Assembly (NCBI GenBank): GCA_014727925.1
Contig: WJMN01000054.1
Location: forward strand, 1 to 56,588
Reading direction: 5' to 3'
Source: Candidatus Micrarchaeota archaeon
Lineage (GTDB): Archaea; Micrarchaeota; Micrarchaeia; Anstonellales; Bilamarchaeaceae
Length of the DNA stretch: 56,588 bases
A program made the translations under genes and the position numbers. The notes beneath the pieces were generated by a model, which worked only from the letters and a program-made list of their open reading frames with translations, had not been told where the DNA came from and did no database searches. Below, in pieces: positions 17,361 through 25,471 of this stretch (positions within the stretch are counted from its first letter, which is position 1; each line of letters opens with the position of its first letter).

Positions 17361-20269
17361 CTCAATGCCCCCCTCCAAAGCGCTTTCATTTCTGTGATGT
17401 CCTGGTTTACAATCATCTTCCCATCCTTCCGTATTACCATTCTTTTGTCCCCGCGTACCCTGCCTACTTTTGCCGCAGGGAGCCCGGAGAAAAGCTGCCT
17501 GAACTGATGCTCATTTTCCGGTGAGACGCTTACAATAAAGCGCCCCGGGTCCTCTGAAAATAGAAACGCCCTCTCGTCTTCTGTCTCACGTTCCGCCTCC
17601 CCCATTTCAAAGTCTGCACCCCGCAGACTTCCCATCGTGCATTCTGCTAGGGCAACAGCAACCCCCCCATCAGAAACATCGTGGGCGGAGTTGAGGAGCC
17701 CCCCGGCCGCTGCCTTTGAAACTGCATTGTAAAGTGAGACATTGGCCTCTAGGTCCACCTTTGGCATCCCGTTTCCAATGCCCCCATATGCTTTATAGTA
17801 TTCGCTGCCTCCCAGCGCCCCCCTGGTTTTGCCAAGAAGATATATGGAGTCACCGGGATTCTTGAAATTGCAGGTGACCGCTTCTTCAATGTCCTGTATT
17901 TTGCCGACCACTGTCACAAGCAAGGTGGGGTTTATGGAATATTTTTCCCCCTCAGAATAATAATCATTTTTCATGCTGTCCTTTCCTGAAATCAGGGGAA
18001 TCCTGTAGGCAACCGCTGCATCGTGCAGCCCCTTTGTGCATCTCACCAGCTGGGCAAGCTTGTAGTCCCCATCAGGGTTCTTTTCTGATTTTATGGGGTC
18101 AGGCCAGGAGAAGTTATCCAGCGCTGCAAGATAGCCGAACATCGCTCCAGAGGCAACTGCATTCCTTACTGCTTCATCCACTGCTAGTTGGGCCATATGG
18201 TAAGAGTCTTCAACCTGTCTAGGGCATATTCCATGGCTTATTACCAGGCCTTCCTGGCAGTCTAGGAGTGGCCTTATTACCCCTCCATCCGAAGTCCCGT
18301 TCCCGCACATTATCGGTTTTACCACACTTCCCCCCTGCACCTCATGGTCATACTGCCGTATCACCCATTCCTTTGAGGCGATGTTCGGGGCGGCAAGAAG
18401 CCGTAGGAGTATTTCGTTGGGGTCTGTTTCTGTAAGGTGGGGCTCCGGCTGGAGCTTTTCCTCCCAGCTTGCCTTGAGTCTCATCTTTCCCATCCCTTCA
18501 TGCAGGAATTCCATGCGCAGGTATCCCACTGTTTCTTCATTGTAGAGGATGTGGAAGTATCCACTGTCTGTAAAAGTGCCCACAACCGTTGCCTCAACAT
18601 CGTGCTTTTCCGCAAGCTCCTGGAGCTCCCCCCACTTTTCCCTGGGGACAGCAAGGGTCATTCTTTCCTGGGATTCTGAGAGCAGTATCTCCCAAGGATC
18701 CAGCCCCCTGTATTTCAGGGGGCACTTGTCAAGGTAAATCTCGCATCCTCCCGAGAACTGGGCCATCTCCCCTATGCTAGAGGATAGCCCCCCTGCCCCA
18801 TTATCAGTTATTGCATCAAATAGCCCCATGTCTCTTGCTTCCAGCACCAGGTCAATCACTTTTTTCTGGGTTATTGCGTCACCTATCTGGACAACGCTTG
18901 AGCTTACCTCTGTGGTAAGCTGCTGGGATGAAAATGTCGCCCCGTGTATCCCGTCTTTTCCGATTCTCCCTCCAACCATTACCGCCAGGCTTCCTGGCTC
19001 AACCTCTTTTTCTGATGAGGGCTTCCCGTTGACCTGGTTGGGCATTACCCCGACAGTTCCTGCATACACAAGCGGGCGTGCAGTATAGCATTTTTCAAAG
19101 GTTATGGAGCCATTTACAGTGGGTATTCCTACAGGGTTTCCTCCCCCCTCTATACCTTTTATAACTCCTTTTGCTATGCGCTTTGGGTGCATAGCCCCTT
19201 CCGGAACCTCTTTTTCATCTAGATAGCCAAAGCAGAGCATATTCATATTTGCCACCGGCTTTGCTCCCATTCCTGTTCCCAGCACATCCCGATTTACCCC
19301 GAGTATTCCGGTTATAGCCCCCCCATATGGGTCCAGTGCAGAAGGCGCATTGTGGGTCTCCACCTTTACTGCAACATCATGCTCAAGGTTGAATTTTATT
19401 ATCCCCCCATTGTCCTTGAAGACAGAAACCACATATGGCTTCATCGCCTTTTCTGTTGCCCCCTTTATATAGGTCCTGAAAATTGAGTTTATCTCTTCAA
19501 TTTTTTCTCCATTCTCATAATACTCTATTTCCGAATTGAATATCTTGTGCTTGCAGTGCTCGCTCCAGGACTGGGCCAGTGCTTCAAGCTCAACATCTGT
19601 TACCCTGCTGTCTAGCCCCACTTTCTCCCTTTCTTCTATAGTTTCCTTTCTCTTATAATACTCCTTTACCCCCCTCATCTCTTCAGGGGAAAGGGCAAGC
19701 AGCCTTTCCCGGCTCATTTCCTCCAGTGCAGCCGGGCTGATGTCCATGTTTATTTTTTCCACTTCAGGAGTATGCTCCAGCTCCACCTTTGCAGGAAAAG
19801 GGCTGAATTCCTGGTTTTCAGGTGAAAATATTCTCCACCGCTCTATTACTTTGTTTGCAAGCAGCTTTTCTGCAATCTCATCAAGGGTTGCTTCGTCTTC
19901 AAATTCTCCATCTATGTAATAGACCTTTGAAAAATAAACATCTGGCTTTTTCCCAATCACATCCTGGACAGCCGTGCCAGCAGTTTTTCCCACATTGTCA
20001 GTCATTCCCGGGAGCAGCCCCACCTCTATCCTCCAGGTATGAAGGTATGCCGGCTTCCCATACATGTATTCTTCAGAAACGCGGTCGGCAAAAAGCTCTT
20101 TCCCCAGTTTCTCCATTTCCTCATCAGGCAGCTGGGCATCTATAGTATATGATTTGGTTATCATTAGATCAGCAATGTCCTTTCCTGTCATTGCTTCAAT
20201 CTCTTTTTTCAGCTTGGCAGAGGCAGGGTCCCTAAGGCTGCCCCGTGGTTTAACTTCAATTCGCCGCAT
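17354..20269 (-). CDS. purL: FGAM synthase synthetase subunit with N-terminal tandem PurS-like domains
   Basis: WSEHCKHKIF, ETHNAPSALDPYGGAITG, DNGAGG, SESQERM, QYDHEVQG, ISGKDSM, HDVSDGG; extra ~150-aa N-terminus with two PurS-like units. Confidence 0.93.
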   Translation of the reverse strand: MRRIEVKPRGSLRDPASAKLKKEIEAMTGKDIADLMITKSYTIDAQLPDEEMEKLGKELFADRVSEEYMYGKPAYLHTWRIEVGLLPGMTDNVGKTAGTAVQDVIGKKPDVYFSKVYYIDGEFEDEATLDEIAEKLLANKVIERWRIFSPENQEFSPFPAKVELEHTPEVEKINMDISPAALEEMSRERLLALSPEEMRGVKEYYKRKETIEEREKVGLDSRVTDVELEALAQSWSEHCKHKIFNSEIEYYENGEKIEEINSIFRTYIKGATEKAMKPYVVSVFKDNGGIIKFNLEHDVAVKVETHNAPSALDPYGGAITGILGVNRDVLGTGMGAKPVANMNMLCFGYLDEKEVPEGAMHPKRIAKGVIKGIEGGGNPVGIPTVNGSITFEKCYTARPLVYAGTVGVMPNQVNGKPSSEKEVEPGSLAVMVGGRIGKDGIHGATFSSQQLTTEVSSSVVQIGDAITQKKVIDLVLEARDMGLFDAITDNGAGGLSSSIGEMAQFSGGCEIYLDKCPLKYRGLDPWEILLSESQERMTLAVPREKWGELQELAEKHDVEATVVGTFTDSGYFHILYNEETVGYLRMEFLHEGMGKMRLKASWEEKLQPEPHLTETDPNEILLRLLAAPNIASKEWVIRQYDHEVQGGSVVKPIMCGNGTSDGGVIRPLLDCQEGLVISHGICPRQVEDSYHMAQLAVDEAVRNAVASGAMFGYLAALDNFSWPDPIKSEKNPDGDYKLAQLVRCTKGLHDAAVAYRIPLISGKDSMKNDYYSEGEKYSINPTLLVTVVGKIQDIEEAVTCNFKNPGDSIYLLGKTRGALGGSEYYKAYGGIGNGMPKVDLEANVSLYNAVSKAAAGGLLNSAHDVSDGGVAVALAECTMGSLRGADFEMGEAERETEDERAFLFSEDPGRFIVSVSPENEHQFRQLFSGLPAAKVGRVRGDKRMVIRKDGKMIVNQDITEMKALWRGALRW

Positions 20270-20330
20270 GCATTCCCACCAGTACCCGCATTTCTGCTGA
20301 CAAATTTATAATGTTAGGGGCGCGAGTTCT

Positions 20331-20348
20331 TTGTAACCATGGTTACAA
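20331..20348. promoter_or_regulatory. 18-bp perfect palindrome TTGTAACCATGGTTACAA, copy 3 (overlaps NFACT-R gene stop, upstream of purL TATA)
   Basis: Read directly; minus-strand TTATAAAT at 20311-20304 lies between it and the purL start. Confidence 0.7.
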
Positions 20349-21122
20349 GCCCCTCCTCCCCTCTCCCAATATCCTAAAATTTCCCGAAGGCAGAACCCGC
20401 ACAAACTCATTCTCATCTATCTGGAAAAGCCTGCCCAGGGCTTTTGCGGTTTTCCCCTTTCCCCGCTTCCCGGGGACAACCTCAACCCCCGTGGTTATCC
20501 AGCCGGCTCCGGGCGCCCCCACAGCCGCCCTTCCTTCTTCATCAATTCCCACCTTCAGCTTGAGCGGTGTGTTCCTGAACCATTTCCTTTCTCCTTCAAG
20601 CGCAAACCCCCCTGCAGCTATTGCCCCTCCTTGCACATGCTTGCTTACCTGTCCTGCTTCAACTCCATAAGCATCCACCTGGCTAAAGCCCTTATCCCAT
20701 GCTTTTGAAAAGCTTGCAGCAATTGCCGCAGCTTCTTCCAGCTCACCCCCCTCCGCTATTTTCCCCCCCTTGAGTATGGTTGCCGAGCCACCTCTTATAT
20801 CAGCATGGAAGAAGAGGTCTCCTTTCTCCAGGTGGGCCGACACAAGCGCATCATTCTGTTTTGCATTCCTCCCAAAGAGAATCATTTTGCCGGATGTTGT
20901 GAAGCTCCACCCGAATTTCTCATACCATTTCTTTTCCCTTAAAATACGCACCGGCTCTTCCCCCTCCTTCACCCCCCTCTCTTCAGTTTCCCTGATTTTT
21001 TTCTTGGTTTTCTTTATTGCATTCACTACTCCCTCCTTCTTTTTCCTGGCTTTTTTGGAATCCTGGTAGTATTCTGCAGCATTTTCCTGTGCGCTTTTTT
21101 CCAGGCTTATCTTTATTTTCAA
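20343..21122 (-). CDS. NFACT RNA-binding-domain (DUF814) protein; C-terminal half of Rqc2/NEMF
   Basis: SAQENAAEYY..SKK coiled coil, KKWYEKF.W, GRNAKQND, FFHADIRGGS; probable TTG start at 21122 after GAGGTG. Confidence 0.82.
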   Translation of the reverse strand: MKIKISLEKSAQENAAEYYQDSKKARKKKEGVVNAIKKTKKKIRETEERGVKEGEEPVRILREKKWYEKFGWSFTTSGKMILFGRNAKQNDALVSAHLEKGDLFFHADIRGGSATILKGGKIAEGGELEEAAAIAASFSKAWDKGFSQVDAYGVEAGQVSKHVQGGAIAAGGFALEGERKWFRNTPLKLKVGIDEEGRAAVGAPGAGWITTGVEVVPGKRGKGKTAKALGRLFQIDENEFVRVLPSGNFRILGEGRRGL

Positions 21123-21207
21123 TTCCTGCACCTCTATTCGGCAACCTGGAAGAACATCCGCTAAAGGTTTATTAATATTATCCTCTTTATCTACTCGGGT
21201 TTGTTCA

Positions 21208-21453
21208 ATGGCATACATAGAAACACTTCTCTCAAGCTGGCTTGAAACGCTCAAATCAGCGGGCACGATGATTTCCATGCTCCTGATAATTCTGGGGGGA
21301 CTGATTTATGGGATTTCCCAGGTCCAGCCCGGAGAAACCAGGGGGAAGTGGCAGACCACAGGGATAGCCATTGTTGTTGGCGGCGTGCTGATAGCCGCAA
21401 TACTCGGTGCCGCTGACCTGATACAGGAGGTTTCCTCCAACTTATTTAAGTGA
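21208..21453 (+). CDS. Small two-TM protein, VirB2/TrbC/CedA1-like pilin candidate
   Basis: 81 aa; two hydrophobic helices joined by a short polar loop (SQVQPGETRGKWQ); first gene of a VirB4-like cluster. Confidence 0.6.
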   Translation: MAYIETLLSSWLETLKSAGTMISMLLIILGGLIYGISQVQPGETRGKWQTTGIAIVVGGVLIAAILGAADLIQEVSSNLFK

Positions 21454-21457
21454 AAAC

Positions 21458-22399
21458 ATGGCACTTGACCTTACGATTGCAGGGACGATTGTTGCACTTT
21501 CCATAGTTCTTTCCGGAATACTTATTGGTCTCGGAAGGGCTTTGGGTTCCCACAAAGTGGAATATTTCGGCAGGGAGGAGCTCATCCAGGCAATCATAAA
21601 TGCTGCCCTTGTGGGCGCCTATGCAACAATTACTCTTACCGCAACCCAGATAAGCGCAGAGATATCCGGTGACGGCCTCTGCACAGGCGGAAGCGCAATT
21701 GAAAATCTCCTCTGCACCTACGAGGGTGTTTCCGGAAGCACGTATTCCCTCCTTACTGCAGCAGTGGACCTCCACAGCATGGCCGCATATTACCAGTCAA
21801 TAGTCCTGGATTTCTCAACCTTCAGCATCCAGCCCCTTGCACATCTTTCTTCTGTTTCAATGATGCTTGAGGCCCAGGTGCTCACCCTCCAGCAGCTCCT
21901 GTTGTTTTCCGAGATTCATGTACAGCTGCTTTCCTTCTTCGGCCCCCAGCTCCTCACCTTTTTCTTCCCCCTTGGCCTGGTTTTCCGGGCATTCTTCTCC
22001 ACCCGCCGCCTGGGCGGTTTTCTCATTGCCCTCTCTTTTGGGCTTTACCTGCTTTACCCCTCCATGGTAATGGTTTTTCCCCAGCCGGACCTAAATGAAA
22101 CAGAGGTTTCCCTTGCCCAGATGAACAACAACACAAACTACACTACCACCCCCATCCTTGACCTAAATGACAATTATGCAATAGCAGGGAAAATGGACAA
22201 CATGACCAACCTGACCGCAGGAAACGATTTCACAGGAGACCTTACCAATTCTGTCCAGCACCTCACTTATGCAACATCTTCCCTTGCCATTTTCATTATC
22301 CTAGCCCCATTGTTTTCTTTCATCGTTACCCTGATATTTATAAAGGAGGTAACTGATATATTCGGTGGAGAATTCTTTTACTCGGTGGGTATGTTATGA
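21458..22399 (+). CDS. Polytopic membrane protein, VirB6/CedA-like candidate
   Basis: About 5 TM segments with two external loops; G..LG......GREELIQAIINA motif; position next to pilin-like and ATPase genes. Confidence 0.5.
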   Translation: MALDLTIAGTIVALSIVLSGILIGLGRALGSHKVEYFGREELIQAIINAALVGAYATITLTATQISAEISGDGLCTGGSAIENLLCTYEGVSGSTYSLLTAAVDLHSMAAYYQSIVLDFSTFSIQPLAHLSSVSMMLEAQVLTLQQLLLFSEIHVQLLSFFGPQLLTFFFPLGLVFRAFFSTRRLGGFLIALSFGLYLLYPSMVMVFPQPDLNETEVSLAQMNNNTNYTTTPILDLNDNYAIAGKMDNMTNLTAGNDFTGDLTNSVQHLTYATSSLAIFIILAPLFSFIVTLIFIKEVTDIFGGEFFYSVGML

Positions 22400-23175
22400 T
22401 TGCAAACAGAGCAGTTACATTTGCCGCGCTTGGCGGAGGGGTGCTTGCACTCCTTTTCTCCTTTGTCAGTGGACAGGTTATATTTGCCCTATTGGCATCT
22501 TTCTTTTTCGCCATTTCCATCCTTCTCTGGAAATATGGCTACATATTCATTCCCTTCCTCACCTCAGCAGCAAACATAGTTGAGGTAAGAGGCGGGTACA
22601 CAATCCCCCCTACCAGGGACTGCATAACCAAGAGGGTGGCAGGCGGTTATTATGCCTCCAAGTTCCTTGAAGTAAAGTTCTATGAAAGCATGATAGACAG
22701 CGAGGATGCGGACAAGGCCAACATGATTGAGGCATTTGAAAAGTCCCTTGCCTCGCTCAAGAATGTGCTCAAGATTTCCCTTATGGTTTCTGCAGTTGAC
22801 CTTACAAAGCACATAGATAAGATAAAGGCAAAGCGGAGCGCGGCAGAGAGCAAGAGGCGCCGCCTTCCCCCCAACAGCGAGGAGCTGGTGCGCATTGACC
22901 GTGAGATAGCCATGTGGAACCGGCTGCTTGAGCGCCTCACACATGGGGACCGCTCGCTTGAGCTGACCGCCTTTGCCCAGACTACTGCATTTGGAGTCAC
23001 AAGGGAAGAAGCAATTTCCAAGGCAAGAAGGCAGGCCAAGGAGGCCCGCACCATAATCTCTTCCACCCTCGGAGCAGATGTCACTGAACTCCTGGACACG
23101 GACATGATAAAATGTTTTGAGTGGAGCTACTTCATTCCCGCTGATTCCGAGCAGCTGCGGGATGAGGTGTTCTAA
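22396..23175 (+). CDS. Two-TM protein with cytoplasmic domain resembling VirB3/PrgI plus the N-terminal domain of VirB4/TraC
   Basis: N-terminal TM hairpin, then FEKSLASL..VLKISLMVSAVDLTKHI, coiled coil, EEAISKARRQAKEARTIISSTLGADVTEL; stop abuts the ATPase start. Confidence 0.5.
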   Translation: MIANRAVTFAALGGGVLALLFSFVSGQVIFALLASFFFAISILLWKYGYIFIPFLTSAANIVEVRGGYTIPPTRDCITKRVAGGYYASKFLEVKFYESMIDSEDADKANMIEAFEKSLASLKNVLKISLMVSAVDLTKHIDKIKAKRSAAESKRRRLPPNSEELVRIDREIAMWNRLLERLTHGDRSLELTAFAQTTAFGVTREEAISKARRQAKEARTIISSTLGADVTELLDTDMIKCFEWSYFIPADSEQLRDEVF

Positions 23176-24614
23176 TGGACCTGAAAGAGCATCTTACGAG
23201 CCAGATGGCCCAGCGTCTTTTCCTTGTCCACCCGCCGGAGCCCCCGCCCCATCTCCTTCTTTCAACCCCGGACCAGGGCATTTACGTTGGCAAGACCCGC
23301 TGGCTGAATGTTCCTGTTTTCTGGGACTACAACAAACTGATCAATTCTCATATCGCAATTGTTGGGATAACCGGTGCAGGAAAATCTTACCTGGTCAAAA
23401 CCTTCCTTACCCGGGCAGCCCTTACCTGGAACTCCAATGCAATAATCCTGGACTGGACAGGAGAATACAACCGTTGGGTGCGCCAGGCAGGAGGCCGGGT
23501 AATTACCCTTGGCAGGGAAAGCCTCAATCTCCTGGAACTGGCAGGCCTAAGCGTTTCCGAGAGGATAAAGCAGATAATGTCTGCATTTGATATTCTTCTG
23601 ACTCTCCACGAGCACGTTGAGGAGCGCTATGATATAGAAGAGGCGCTTGAGGAGATTTATGATAAGGTAAAAGACCCTACCCTAGTTGACCTTGTTTCCC
23701 TCATGGAGAAGAAGGGAAAGAAGCACGCTGCAAGGCTGGTCAAGACCTTCCTTGTGGAAGGAAGCGATTTTTTCTCCCGCAAGTCCACCCTGGAGCTTGA
23801 GAAGCTTGCAAATTCCGGGCTTGTCTGCATAGACCTCCATTCCCTCCCAACTGAAGAGATGCGCTCCCTTACCGGCCTCACCATCCTACAGTTTCTCAAG
23901 GAGAAGATGCGCAGAGAGGAGCTAAAAGAGAAGAAAGGAGTAAACCTTTTTGTAGTGGTTGATGAGGCCTGGAAGATAGCAAACGACGACCGCAGCGATG
24001 TAATAACCATTGTCCGCGAGGGAAGGAAATACAATTTCAGCCTGATAGTTGCTTCCCAGAATCCAACGGACATGCATAAAACAATCATATCAAATGTGGG
24101 AACGATGTTTGTGCTCCGCCTGGTTCTGCGGGAGTACAAGAATTACATACGCAATTCCCTAAATTATTCAGATTATATAGACAATGAGATTTCAGGGTTC
24201 GGTGTGGGGGATGCCGCAGTGAACATGATTTTTTCACAGCGCTCAGAAAAGGCCCACACCTTCCTTCTTGACAAGATAGACGGCGAGGAGCCCCTCTTTG
24301 TCTATACAATTAAGGTGGGAAAGATGACTATTGAAGTTGAAAGGGAGCAGTTTTCAAGAATGCTTTATGAGCTTGGGCTTACAGATGAGCAGATAAACCT
24401 GGTAAAGGTTGATTTTGAGAGGGGAGACGGGACCCTGGAGGCCTCGCGCCTGGTTTCTCTTCTTGAGAAATTCGGGTATTCCCACACTTCCATAATGACT
24501 TTCCTCCGCCAGCTGGGAGTTGAGGAAAAGTTCATTGTTGAGGTGTTTTCCCTGACTAGGAGGAGAAAGGCCACAAAGGGCGTTGTGGACATGCGCCTTA
24601 AGGAGGAGGAGTGA
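23175..24614 (+). CDS. VirB4/HerA-FtsK-clade ATPase (DUF87/AAA_10-like)
   Basis: GIYVG...VFWD...NSHIAIVGITGAGKS (Walker A), VVVDEAW (Walker B), REGRKY..SLIVASQNPTD; ~110-aa extra C-terminal domain. Confidence 0.88.
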   Translation: MDLKEHLTSQMAQRLFLVHPPEPPPHLLLSTPDQGIYVGKTRWLNVPVFWDYNKLINSHIAIVGITGAGKSYLVKTFLTRAALTWNSNAIILDWTGEYNRWVRQAGGRVITLGRESLNLLELAGLSVSERIKQIMSAFDILLTLHEHVEERYDIEEALEEIYDKVKDPTLVDLVSLMEKKGKKHAARLVKTFLVEGSDFFSRKSTLELEKLANSGLVCIDLHSLPTEEMRSLTGLTILQFLKEKMRREELKEKKGVNLFVVVDEAWKIANDDRSDVITIVREGRKYNFSLIVASQNPTDMHKTIISNVGTMFVLRLVLREYKNYIRNSLNYSDYIDNEISGFGVGDAAVNMIFSQRSEKAHTFLLDKIDGEEPLFVYTIKVGKMTIEVEREQFSRMLYELGLTDEQINLVKVDFERGDGTLEASRLVSLLEKFGYSHTSIMTFLRQLGVEEKFIVEVFSLTRRRKATKGVVDMRLKEEE

Positions 24615-24615
24615 A

Positions 24616-25314
24616 ATGGAAGAGATAATAAAAATAAAGGCAACACGGACAAAGCCCCTCAAGGAGCTTACCCCTCTCCTCGGCTCCCTCGGCTTCACAA
24701 AAGTTAACTACACCAAGGAGAAGCTTATCGTTGAGAAGGTAGAATCTGAAGACCTCTCGGGCAAGCCCTATCTTTTTTACCGCATTGAGCTCGCCCCCCG
24801 CTCCATACTCATAAGATATCTTCTCCCTTCCCCGGAACGGCGGCTTTCCCGCAGCCTTGAAATGGGTCTGCTTTCCCTCAACCTCTTCCGCATAATTTCC
24901 AAGCATTACGATGTCAGCGTTTCCTCGGTTTACCCGTTCTATTATGCCCTGCTCACATCCCTCTCTGAGTCTCTGGAAAAGGAAAAACTTCAGACAATTT
25001 CCGAGCTAAATACTCTGAAATCAAGGCATGTTTCTCTTGAGAAAAAATACAAGGACCTTGTGCGCTCCAGCGAGCAGAATGCCCGCATCCTTGTGGAAAC
25101 CGAGCGCAAGAACGAGGAGCTTGAGAACAAGATAAAGAAGATGGAGGGGATGGACGACGAGGTTCTCCAGGAGCGCCTCTTTGAATGGATAAAGACACAC
25201 GATGGAGAGATAAACATCTATGATTTCGGAAAGATAAATTCCCTGCCCATCGGAAGGGTGGAGGAAGGGCTGAATATGCTCATAAAGAACGGATACATAA
25301 AGCGGAGGTCCTGA
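24616..25314 (+). CDS. Coiled-coil protein with C-terminal winged-helix-like domain
   Basis: GGAGG SD before ATG 24616; heptad region; ERLFEWIKTHDGEINIYDF...RVEEGLNMLIKNGYIK wHTH pattern. Confidence 0.7.
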   Translation: MEEIIKIKATRTKPLKELTPLLGSLGFTKVNYTKEKLIVEKVESEDLSGKPYLFYRIELAPRSILIRYLLPSPERRLSRSLEMGLLSLNLFRIISKHYDVSVSSVYPFYYALLTSLSESLEKEKLQTISELNTLKSRHVSLEKKYKDLVRSSEQNARILVETERKNEELENKIKKMEGMDDEVLQERLFEWIKTHDGEINIYDFGKINSLPIGRVEEGLNMLIKNGYIKRRS

Positions 25315-25317
25315 TGA

Positions 25318-25470
25318 ATGCCCGGAAAAAGAAGGAGGCCTGATACTTTCCATTTTATGGTTGCCAAGAACTTCCCCAAGCACAAATCGTTTGAGGTTCT
25401 CAAGCAGCCTGACTCAGATTTCTTTTCTGCATTCGTGAAGACACTTTCCCAGCTTTTCAAAGGTGAATAA
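25318..25470 (+). CDS. Unannotated 50-aa ORF (MPGKRRRPDTFHFMVAKNFPKHKSFEVLKQPDSDFFSAFVKTLSQLFKGE)
   Basis: Translated by hand; GGAGGT 8 nt upstream; fills the gap and stops 1 nt before the purD ATG; below the ORF-track cutoff. Confidence 0.5.
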   Translation: MPGKRRRPDTFHFMVAKNFPKHKSFEVLKQPDSDFFSAFVKTLSQLFKGE

Positions 25471-25471
25471 G

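Noticed and set aside
21123-21278. N-terminal extension of the NFACT-R ORF as given by the ORF track
   Set aside because: Overlaps the divergent pilin-like gene and promoter region; a TTG with a good SD at 21122 fits better.
21208-25314. Integrated conjugative element or provirus
   Set aside because: No integrase, relaxase, VirD4, replication gene or flanking direct repeats seen; neighbours are housekeeping genes with no obvious compositional shift.
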